The notes beneath the pieces are model-generated. The model was not told where the DNA came from. It saw only the letters and a program-made list of their open reading frames with translations, and ran no database searches. DNA of 58,367 bases from an uncultured bacterium. Lineage in GTDB: Bacteria; Krumholzibacteriota; Krumholzibacteriia; JAJRXK01. Every line of letters starts with the position of its first letter. The stretch's first letter is position 1. Shown piece after piece: positions 9,615 to 16,944 of the stretch. The DNA lies in the NCBI GenBank assembly GCA_964593155.1, contig CAZQHE010000005.1, positions 1 to 58,367 of the forward strand. The letters run 5' to 3'. A program made the translations under genes and the position numbers.

Positions 9615-10805
9615 TCAGCGTGATCCGTGGGGTTCCGGCTCCGTGAGGATCGGGAAGTACTTGATCACCAGCAGGTAGATCGTCCCCTGGATCGCGATCA
9701 GCCCGACCGTGGCGACCAGTTCCACCACGCTCGGGAAGTACACCGCACCGACGCCACCGTCGAAGGCGAGCCATCCGGCGTTCATGCGGTACATGGCGCC
9801 ACCCAACAGGATGAAGCACGCCATCCGGAACATGCACGACGGTCGCTCGCGCCGGGACTTGTCGACGATCATCGCCACACCTGGTACGAAGACGAAGGCC
9901 AGCTCCAGGATCACCAACCAGCTCTGCCAGCTGCCGTCGAACAGACGCATGAACTGGTCGCGCCAGATCAGGTCGCCCACCCGCAGTGCGCCGAAGAACA
10001 GGATGACGTAGGCCATGAAGTGTGCGAGGCGCGTGAGCGTGTGGTCGTAGTTCGGGCGCCCGTAGCGGCGGCTGAACAGGATGTAGGTGGCGATCACCAT
10101 GGCGTAGCCCAGGATCCAGCAGCTCACCAGGAAGAGCGCCGGGATCAGCGGCGTGTACCAAAGCGGGTGGACCTTGTGGCCGGCCAGCAGGTACAGCGAG
10201 CCGAGCGAGCTCTGGTGCATGGTCGGAAGCAGGATCCCCATGGCGATGATCCACGGCATGATCGCGTGCAGGACCTTCATTGCCTTCTCGGAGAATGCGG
10301 CCAGGCGCTTGCGGCCCGACTTGCGCCAGCGCTCGAGGAAGGCCGGCGACAGTTCGATCCACACCACGGCCACGTAGGCGGTGACGCACAGCGACACCTC
10401 GAGCAGCACGCTGTCGAGGTTCCACTCGCCCCAGTAGACGAAGACTCTCCAGATGTTCCATGGGCGGCCGATGTCGGCGGTCAGCGAGATGATGCCGATG
10501 GTGTAGCCCACCGCACTGGTCAGGAGCGCGTGGCGGACGATGGGATGGTAGCGATAGTGGTTCAGGACGTAGGTCACGAAGGCCAGGGCGTAGCCGCCCG
10601 AGCCGAGGGCCGTCAACACGATCACGTTGAAGACCTTCCACGTGCCCCACGGGAAGACGTCGGTCATGTTGGTCATGGGACCGAGGCCGACGACGAAACG
10701 GATCGCGACCAGGAGCGTCGCGATCAGACCGATGACGACGAGGGTTCGGTATCCGGCTGTCCACACGGGTCGGTGGACCGGCTCGACGGGTTGATGCGCG
10801 GACAT
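9615..10805 (-). CDS. NrfD/HybB-family integral membrane quinol-interacting subunit (hydrogenase-2 cytochrome b / polysulfide reductase NrfD-like)
   Basis: Start at MSAHQPVEP (cat at 10803-10805). Near-colinear similarity to E. coli HybB (FPWGTWKVFNVIVLTALGSGGYALAFVTYVLN...LLPTMHQSSLGSLYLLAGHKVHPLW). The upstream extension of the ORF is low-complexity junk. Confidence 0.75.
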   Translation of the reverse strand: MSAHQPVEPVHRPVWTAGYRTLVVIGLIATLLVAIRFVVGLGPMTNMTDVFPWGTWKVFNVIVLTALGSGGYALAFVTYVLNHYRYHPIVRHALLTSAVGYTIGIISLTADIGRPWNIWRVFVYWGEWNLDSVLLEVSLCVTAYVAVVWIELSPAFLERWRKSGRKRLAAFSEKAMKVLHAIMPWIIAMGILLPTMHQSSLGSLYLLAGHKVHPLWYTPLIPALFLVSCWILGYAMVIATYILFSRRYGRPNYDHTLTRLAHFMAYVILFFGALRVGDLIWRDQFMRLFDGSWQSWLVILELAFVFVPGVAMIVDKSRRERPSCMFRMACFILLGGAMYRMNAGWLAFDGGVGAVYFPSVVELVATVGLIAIQGTIYLLVIKYFPILTEPEPHGSR

Positions 10806-11193
10806 GATCGCCTCCCTGCTCGGCGGATGTCTCCGCGGCGAGGGCGCGGAGCGCTCGCATCGCATCTCGATCGGCTTCAGTATAGGAATTCCGACATGGT
10901 GCACTGCATTGTGGAATAGTGAGGTCGTCGTGGGCACGCACGGAAACGATGACCCTGCACCACTTCGGTGGGCCGGGGCTTGATGTATCGTCATCACGAC
11001 CGAGTTCCCGAGTTCGGGGAAGCCCCGATCGGAGCCTGGGGATCGAGCGGATGGTGTCCGCTCGACACATTCGTTCCACTGGACCGTTACCGTTCCGATT
11101 CCGCAGCCGATGCCGAAGGTTCCGGGTTGCCCCCATGGACGACGCACCGCTCTGTGGCATCGTGGACGGGACGCACACACCGCCCTTGGATCG

Positions 11194-12432
11194 ATGCCCA
11201 TGAAGCCACTGGCCCATTCCGAAGCCGTTCCCCACCGTGCCACGGTCGACGTCTTCGACAAGACCCGACGCTTCACCCGTGCGCGGGAAGCGATGGCTGC
11301 CGGCCTGTATCCCTACTTCCAGGCCATCTCCAGCTCGACCGCGAACACCGTACACATCGACGGCCACGAGCTGGTGATGGCCGGTTCGAACAACTACCTC
11401 GGCTACACGCACGACCCGCGCGTGATCGAAGCGGCCGAGTCGGCGGCCCGCACGTGGGGAACCGGCTGCACGGGAAGTCGATTCCTGAACGGCACGCTGT
11501 CGATGCACGAGGAGCTGGAGCGCGAACTGGCCGAGTTCTGTGGCAAGGCAGCAGCTCTGGTCTTCTCGACGGGTTTCCAGACCAATCTCGGGGTCATCAG
11601 TAGTCTCGCCGGCCGCGGCGACGTGATCTTCACCGACAAGCTCGACCACGCCAGCATCATCGATGGCTGCCGGCTGTCCTACGCCGACGTCCATCGCTTC
11701 GACCACAACGACGTCGAAGCGTTACGCCGCCTCCTGATGAAGGCGCCTCCGGAGGCGGGCAAGCTGGTCGTGGTCGACGGCGTCTTCTCGATGGAGGGCG
11801 ATCTGTCGCCCCTCGAGGAGATCGTTCCGCTGTGTCAGGAGTTCGGTGCGCGGATCGTGGTCGACGAGGCCCACGCGGTGGGAGTCCTCGGCGAGACCGG
11901 CGTGGGGGCGAGCGAAGAGCTCGGCGTGCTCGACGAGGTCGATCTGCTGATCGGGACGTTCTCCAAGGCCTTCTCCTCGATCGGCGGCTTCGTGGCCGGC
12001 GACGACGAAGTGCTCCACTACGTGAAACACCACGCTCGCAGCCTGATCTTCAGTGCGAGCATGCCGCCCTACGCGCTGGCCACGGTGCTCAAGTGCCTGG
12101 AGTTGATGCGCGAGGAGCCCGAGCGCAGGGTGCGCGTGCGCACCCACGCGAACTACGTGAACGCGCAGTTGCGGGCCATGGGCTTCGACACCGGCCGGTC
12201 GATCACGCCGGTGGTGCCCGTGGTGATCGGCGAGAGCGACCGCACCTTCATGTTCTGGAAGCGTCTGTTCGCCGAGGGCGTCTTCACCAACCCGGTGGTT
12301 CCGCCCGCCGTGCCCGAGGGCGGATGCCTGATCCGGACCTCCTACATGGCCACCCACACCGAGGAACACCTCGATCGCGTGCTGTCGGCCTTCCGCACCG
12401 TCGGCCGCGAGTTCGGAATGATCGACGGATAG
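11194..12432 (+). CDS. alpha-oxoamine synthase family PLP enzyme, serine palmitoyltransferase-like
   Basis: PLP-lysine motif GTFSKAFSSIGGF and the AOS-family fold (KBL/BioF/SPT). First gene of a four-gene co-directional cluster. Confidence 0.8.
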   Translation: MPMKPLAHSEAVPHRATVDVFDKTRRFTRAREAMAAGLYPYFQAISSSTANTVHIDGHELVMAGSNNYLGYTHDPRVIEAAESAARTWGTGCTGSRFLNGTLSMHEELERELAEFCGKAAALVFSTGFQTNLGVISSLAGRGDVIFTDKLDHASIIDGCRLSYADVHRFDHNDVEALRRLLMKAPPEAGKLVVVDGVFSMEGDLSPLEEIVPLCQEFGARIVVDEAHAVGVLGETGVGASEELGVLDEVDLLIGTFSKAFSSIGGFVAGDDEVLHYVKHHARSLIFSASMPPYALATVLKCLELMREEPERRVRVRTHANYVNAQLRAMGFDTGRSITPVVPVVIGESDRTFMFWKRLFAEGVFTNPVVPPAVPEGGCLIRTSYMATHTEEHLDRVLSAFRTVGREFGMIDG

Positions 12433-12465
12433 CCGGCCGGCCGGACCGAATGGGAAGGGGACGAG

Positions 12466-13599
12466 GTGGTGAACGTCGAGGTTCGTCCGGCCCGCGGGCG
12501 TGCCGAGCTCGAACGCTTCGCGCGCCTGCCGTGGACCATCTACGCCGACGATCCTGCGTGGGTCCCGCCGTTGATCCGCGACGTGGTCCGGACCTTCGAT
12601 CCCGCGCACAACCCCTTCTTCGAACACGGCGACATCGAGCCCCTGTTGGCACACCGCGACGGCCGGGTCGTCGGCCGCATCGCGGCGATCCGCAACCAGA
12701 ACCACGAGCGTACGTGGAACGACGGCTGCGGCTTCTTCGGCTTCTTCGAGTCGATCGACGACACGAACGTCGCGGCCGCCCTGGTCGAGGCGGCCCGCGT
12801 ACGATGCCGCGACCTGGGTCTGCGGACGATGCGCGGTCCGGTGAACCCGTCGACCAACGACGAGTGCGGCGTGCTGGTCGACGGCTTCGACAGTCCACCC
12901 GCCGTGCTCATGCCGCATTCCCGCCCTTACTACGATCGCCTCCTGGGCGAGGCCGGTCTGAGCAAGGCCAGGGATCTACTCGCCTACTGGCTCGACGCGC
13001 CACCCGAAGGTGCGCCGGATCGCTTGCGGCGAGCCGCGGACATCGCCCGCGCGCGCAACCCCGAGGTCAACTTCCGTGCCTTCCGCAAGAAGGACTTCGA
13101 CGCCGAGGTCGAGCGTTTCAAGTCGGTGTACAACGCGGCGTGGAAGGAGAACTGGGGCTTCGTGCCGATGACCGACGCCGAGATCGACCACATGGCCGCG
13201 TCGCTGCGGCAGGTCCTCGATCCCGGTCTGGTGCGCATCGCCGAGCACGGCGACCGCACGGTGGCCTTCGCCCTGGCCCTGCCCGACATGAACCAGGCCC
13301 TGCGCCACGCGAACGGGCGGCTCTTCCCCTTCGGACTGCTGAAGGTGCTGTGGCATTCCCGGCGCATCGACGCCGCCCGTGTGCTCGTGCTGGGTGTGGT
13401 CGACGAGTACCGCGGGCGCGGGCTCGACGCCGTGCTCTACGCGGATCTCTACGACCACGGAGCGAGCATCGGGTTGCGAGGGGCGGAATTGTCGTGGGTC
13501 CTCGAGGACAACCATGCGATCCGCAAACCGATCGAAGGGGCCATGGGAGCGCGCCCGTACAAGACGTACCGCATCTACGAGATGTCGATCGGAGGCTGA
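12466..13599 (+). CDS. two-lobed GNAT-fold N-acyltransferase, bacterial ceramide synthase (bCerS)-like
   Basis: 377 aa. GNAT-like C-terminal half (VLGVVDEYRGRGLDAVLYADLY). Sits between the SPT-like gene and the CerR-like reductase gene, as in described bacterial ceramide loci. Confidence 0.6.
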   Translation: MVNVEVRPARGRAELERFARLPWTIYADDPAWVPPLIRDVVRTFDPAHNPFFEHGDIEPLLAHRDGRVVGRIAAIRNQNHERTWNDGCGFFGFFESIDDTNVAAALVEAARVRCRDLGLRTMRGPVNPSTNDECGVLVDGFDSPPAVLMPHSRPYYDRLLGEAGLSKARDLLAYWLDAPPEGAPDRLRRAADIARARNPEVNFRAFRKKDFDAEVERFKSVYNAAWKENWGFVPMTDAEIDHMAASLRQVLDPGLVRIAEHGDRTVAFALALPDMNQALRHANGRLFPFGLLKVLWHSRRIDAARVLVLGVVDEYRGRGLDAVLYADLYDHGASIGLRGAELSWVLEDNHAIRKPIEGAMGARPYKTYRIYEMSIGG

Positions 13600-13602
13600 G
13601 AC

Positions 13603-14595
13603 GTGACCGCTCCGGTGCTGGTGACGGGCGCGAACGGCTTCGTGGGCTCGCACGTGGTCGACGAGTTGTTGCGCCGTGGCGTGCCGGTGCGGGCGGCGGT
13701 GCGGCCGAGCAGTCGGGTCGAGGATCTTCCTTGCGATCGCGTGGACCTGCGGCGCGTCGACTACTCCGAGCCCGGGTCCGTCGAGACGCTGGTCGACGGC
13801 ACACGGGGCGTGATCCACGTGGCCGGAGCAACCCGTGCCGGGAGCGAGGCCGCCTACGAGCAGGCGAACGTGCAGACCACCCGGACTCTGGTCGAGGCCT
13901 GCGTGCGTTCCCCGCAGATCTCCGACGGTTTCGTCCTGGTCAGCAGTCTGGCCGCGGCGGGGCCGAGCACGCGCGATCGCGCGCGCGACGAGGCCCAGCC
14001 GGAGCGGCCGATCTCGGCCTACGGGCGGAGCAAGCTGCGCGCGGAGACCGCGGTGCGGGAGCTGGCCGGCGACCGTCTCGCGTGGTCGATCCTGCGCCCG
14101 CCCGCCGTCTTCGGTCCCCGCGACCGCGACTTCCTGCGGCTGGCGCGCATGGTCGACCGGGGGTGGGCCCCTCGCCTGGGCTCGCTGCCGCAGAGGCTCT
14201 CGGTGATCCACGTCCACGATCTGGCCCGGGCGCTCGTCGACGTGCTCGGCGATCCGCGGGCCGTGGGCCGCACGTGGTTCGTGGCCGATCCGGCACCGAC
14301 CGACTGGGACGAGATCGTCGACGTCCTGGCCGCCGCGTTGCAGCGCCACCCGCACCGGATCCCGGTTGCGACCGGATTGCTCCCCGTGGTCGCGGGAGTG
14401 TCGTCGGTGATCGGCCGGCTCGCGCGTCGACCGGGTCCGCTGCCGGCCGACCGGGTCGCCGACCTTCGCGCCGAGGCCTGGACCTGCTCGCCGGTGCGCA
14501 TCGCGCACGAACTCGGATTCCGACCGACGGTGACCCTGCGCGAGGGTCTGCACGCGACGGTCCGCTGGTATCGCGACCACGGATGGCTGTCGTGA
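13603..14595 (+). CDS. NAD(P)-dependent epimerase/dehydratase-family SDR reductase, CerR-like
   Basis: GTG start 7 nt after a GGAGG. Rossmann motif TGANGFVGSHVV and catalytic YGRSK (YxxxK). Confidence 0.7.
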   Translation: MTAPVLVTGANGFVGSHVVDELLRRGVPVRAAVRPSSRVEDLPCDRVDLRRVDYSEPGSVETLVDGTRGVIHVAGATRAGSEAAYEQANVQTTRTLVEACVRSPQISDGFVLVSSLAAAGPSTRDRARDEAQPERPISAYGRSKLRAETAVRELAGDRLAWSILRPPAVFGPRDRDFLRLARMVDRGWAPRLGSLPQRLSVIHVHDLARALVDVLGDPRAVGRTWFVADPAPTDWDEIVDVLAAALQRHPHRIPVATGLLPVVAGVSSVIGRLARRPGPLPADRVADLRAEAWTCSPVRIAHELGFRPTVTLREGLHATVRWYRDHGWLS

Positions 14596-15530
14596 CCGGG
14601 GTGGATCGTTCGATCGGAGACTTCGGACCGGGGCCCCGGCCCGTCGAGTGGGTCCTCTGCGTGTACCTGGTCGTGACCGCGGTGCTGCTGGTGTTCGGCG
14701 AGCGCACGCTGCCGCATGCCTTCCTGCGTGCCGGCCTGCACGTGGCCGCCGTCGGTGCGATCGTCCTGATGGCGCGCGCCGAGTCGAGGGTGCCCCCCGT
14801 CGTGGCCCTGATCCGCCGCGTCTTCCCACTCGTCCTCGGGCCGCTCTTCTACCTCGAGATCGGTGTGCTCAACGACGTGATCTGGGGCGAGCGCTACTTC
14901 GATTCCTGCGTCGTGGCCGTCGAGAGGGCCCTCTTCGGTGTGGACACCTCGCAGGTCTTCGCTCGCGCGTGGCCGTGGGCCTGGTGGTCGGAACTCCTGC
15001 ACCTCGGGTACGGGTCGTACTACGCGTTGCCCGCGTCGTTGTTCGTGGTGCTGGCCGTGCGGAGGAAGTGGGCCGAGCTCGAGTGGTACCTGACCGTGCT
15101 CGCGTTGACCTTCACGTCGTGCCAGATCTGGTTCGTGCTCCTGCCGGTGACCGGTCCGTACCACTACTTCGGCCCGCTCGATCCGCCGGCTCCGGGGTCG
15201 TTCTTCCCGCCGCTGGTGAACTCGATCGTCAGCGGCGGGTCGTCGATCGGTACGGCGTTCCCATCGAGCCACGTGGCCGTGGCGTTCTGCGTGCTGGCGT
15301 GTGCGTGGAGAACCGACCGGACCACCGCCTGGGTGCTGGCCGTCCTCGTCACGCTGCTCACCGTGGGCACCGTGTACGGAGGCTTCCACTATCTCGTCGA
15401 CACGATCGCCGGCATCCTGTGGTGCGCGGTGACGTTCACGTTGGGGTCGTGGTTGCACCGGTGGCTGCGGGAGCGTCGTCTCACACCCCGACGCGCCGGT
15501 AGGCCCCGTAGTAGGCCTGCCGCTCGCTGA
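14583..15530 (+). CDS. PAP2-superfamily integral membrane protein (inositol-phosphoceramide / sphingomyelin-synthase-like head-group transferase or lipid phosphatase)
   Basis: Start MAVVTGV overlaps the previous stop by 13 nt. Multiple TM helices. PAP2 motifs C2 (PSSHVAV) and C3 (YGGFHYLVDTIAG). Only the last about 316 codons of the 1,232-aa tool ORF are credible. Confidence 0.65.
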   Translation: MAVVTGVDRSIGDFGPGPRPVEWVLCVYLVVTAVLLVFGERTLPHAFLRAGLHVAAVGAIVLMARAESRVPPVVALIRRVFPLVLGPLFYLEIGVLNDVIWGERYFDSCVVAVERALFGVDTSQVFARAWPWAWWSELLHLGYGSYYALPASLFVVLAVRRKWAELEWYLTVLALTFTSCQIWFVLLPVTGPYHYFGPLDPPAPGSFFPPLVNSIVSGGSSIGTAFPSSHVAVAFCVLACAWRTDRTTAWVLAVLVTLLTVGTVYGGFHYLVDTIAGILWCAVTFTLGSWLHRWLRERRLTPRRAGRPRSRPAAR

Positions 15531-16944
15531 TCTCCGAGGCCACGGCGAGGGCCCAGGCTCCCCACGCGGCGGCGAGCAGGGCCGTGGCTGGCCAGGCGAC
15601 CATGGCTCCCAGCGACGCGAGGACGAGGGTCAGCGTGGCCGCCACGGCGAGTCCCATACCCAGCGGAGTGGGGCCGAGCCGAGTGAGTTCGGCGTCGCGG
15701 CGACGCACGCGCACGCGATGTCCCAGCCCGAGTCGCAGTCCGATCCAGACGAACAGCAGGAGTGCGACCAGGCCCAGCGCCAGGGTCACCGCGGCCGAGG
15801 TCGGCAGCACGGTCGCCGGAGTCCGTGACCAGAGCAGCGCGTGCAGCGCGAGCCCGCCGGTCACGAGCGCGCTGGCCGTGAAGTTCACCGGGGTCAGGGC
15901 CGTGTTCCACACGGGAACGGTGCGCACGGTGTAGACCCTCGTCATGCCGAACAGATAGAGCGCCGCCGCGGGAAACGTGGACCAGGCGAAGACGGGCTCG
16001 CGGGTGGCGATCGCGGCCAGCGACGCGGCCAGGAATGTGACCGCCAGGAGGATCTCGCGGCTCAACCACGACTGACCGAGGTTGCGCAGCGCCCTCCATG
16101 CACGCACGGGCCGGCCGAGGTGGGCCGACGAGAGGGCCAGGGCGGCGAGCAGGAGCACGGCGGTGGCCGGCATGGCCACGCGGTCGACGGCGGCCGGATC
16201 GAAGGCCGGGCCTCGCGTCGACTCCTCGCTCAGGACCGCGCGCAGAAGGCCGGCTACGAGCGCGATGCCGGCGGCCATCTGCGACAGCAGCGTGAAGGCC
16301 ACCAGCGACCACTCGCGCAGGCCGCGCGCGGGTCGTGGCGTGAGGTCGGTGTCGGGCTCGTCGGAGCGGTCACTCGCCGCGTGCGGTGCCAGGTGCAGGG
16401 CGGGTTCGGTGAGGTTCACCGGAGGCAGCGGCGCGCTGCCGACCGCCATGTCGGGGGCGCCGTGCCGTGCGGTCAGGTCCTCGGGATCGCCGGCATCGAG
16501 CGCGCGTACGGGGCAGGCCTCCACGCAGGCGGGATCACGACCCTGCTCGAGGTCTTCGACGCAGAAGGTGCACTTGCTCATGGTGCCGAGCGTGTCGCTG
16601 TACTGCGGTGCGCTGTAGGGGCACACCCAGCCGCAGTAGCCACAGCCGAGACAATGCTCTGGATCGATCAGCACGATCCCGTCGTCACGCCGCACGATCG
16701 CCCGCGCGGGGCACCCTTCCAGGCAGATCGGCCTCTCGCAGTGGTTGCACGAGATCGACAGGTGGTAGGCGAACACGTCCTGCCGCCAGGCCGCGCCCTC
16801 GCGGATCCATCCGCCACCGGCCACCTCGGACACGCGACGCCACAGGCGGCCGACCTCGAGGTCGTTGCGATCCTTGCACGCCACCTGACAGGCCTTGCAG
16901 CCCGAGCAGGTGGAGGCGTCGAACCAGAAGGTCGTCCGGCGCAT
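15481..16944 (-). CDS. DmsB-like four-cluster [4Fe-4S] ferredoxin subunit fused to DmsC-like membrane anchor
   Basis: Start MRRTTFWFDASTCSGCKACQVACKD. Four Cys clusters (CSGCKAC, CNHCERPIC, CLGCGYCGWVC, CTFCVEDL...CVEACP) are followed by about 8 hydrophobic helices. Its ATG overlaps the stop of the upstream gene (ATGA at 16944). Confidence 0.8.
   Translation of the reverse strand: MRRTTFWFDASTCSGCKACQVACKDRNDLEVGRLWRRVSEVAGGGWIREGAAWRQDVFAYHLSISCNHCERPICLEGCPARAIVRRDDGIVLIDPEHCLGCGYCGWVCPYSAPQYSDTLGTMSKCTFCVEDLEQGRDPACVEACPVRALDAGDPEDLTARHGAPDMAVGSAPLPPVNLTEPALHLAPHAASDRSDEPDTDLTPRPARGLREWSLVAFTLLSQMAAGIALVAGLLRAVLSEESTRGPAFDPAAVDRVAMPATAVLLLAALALSSAHLGRPVRAWRALRNLGQSWLSREILLAVTFLAASLAAIATREPVFAWSTFPAAALYLFGMTRVYTVRTVPVWNTALTPVNFTASALVTGGLALHALLWSRTPATVLPTSAAVTLALGLVALLLFVWIGLRLGLGHRVRVRRRDAELTRLGPTPLGMGLAVAATLTLVLASLGAMVAWPATALLAAAWGAWALAVASEISERQAYYGAYRRVGV

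Noticed and set aside
11832-14582. N-terminal about 900 codons of the 1,232-aa plus-strand ORF, and the 617-aa minus ORF 12976..14829
   Set aside because: They overlap three well-supported genes (SPT-like, GNAT, CerR-like) in other frames or on the other strand, and their composition is Arg/Gly/Pro-dominated. Only the last about 316 codons (the PAP2 protein) are real.
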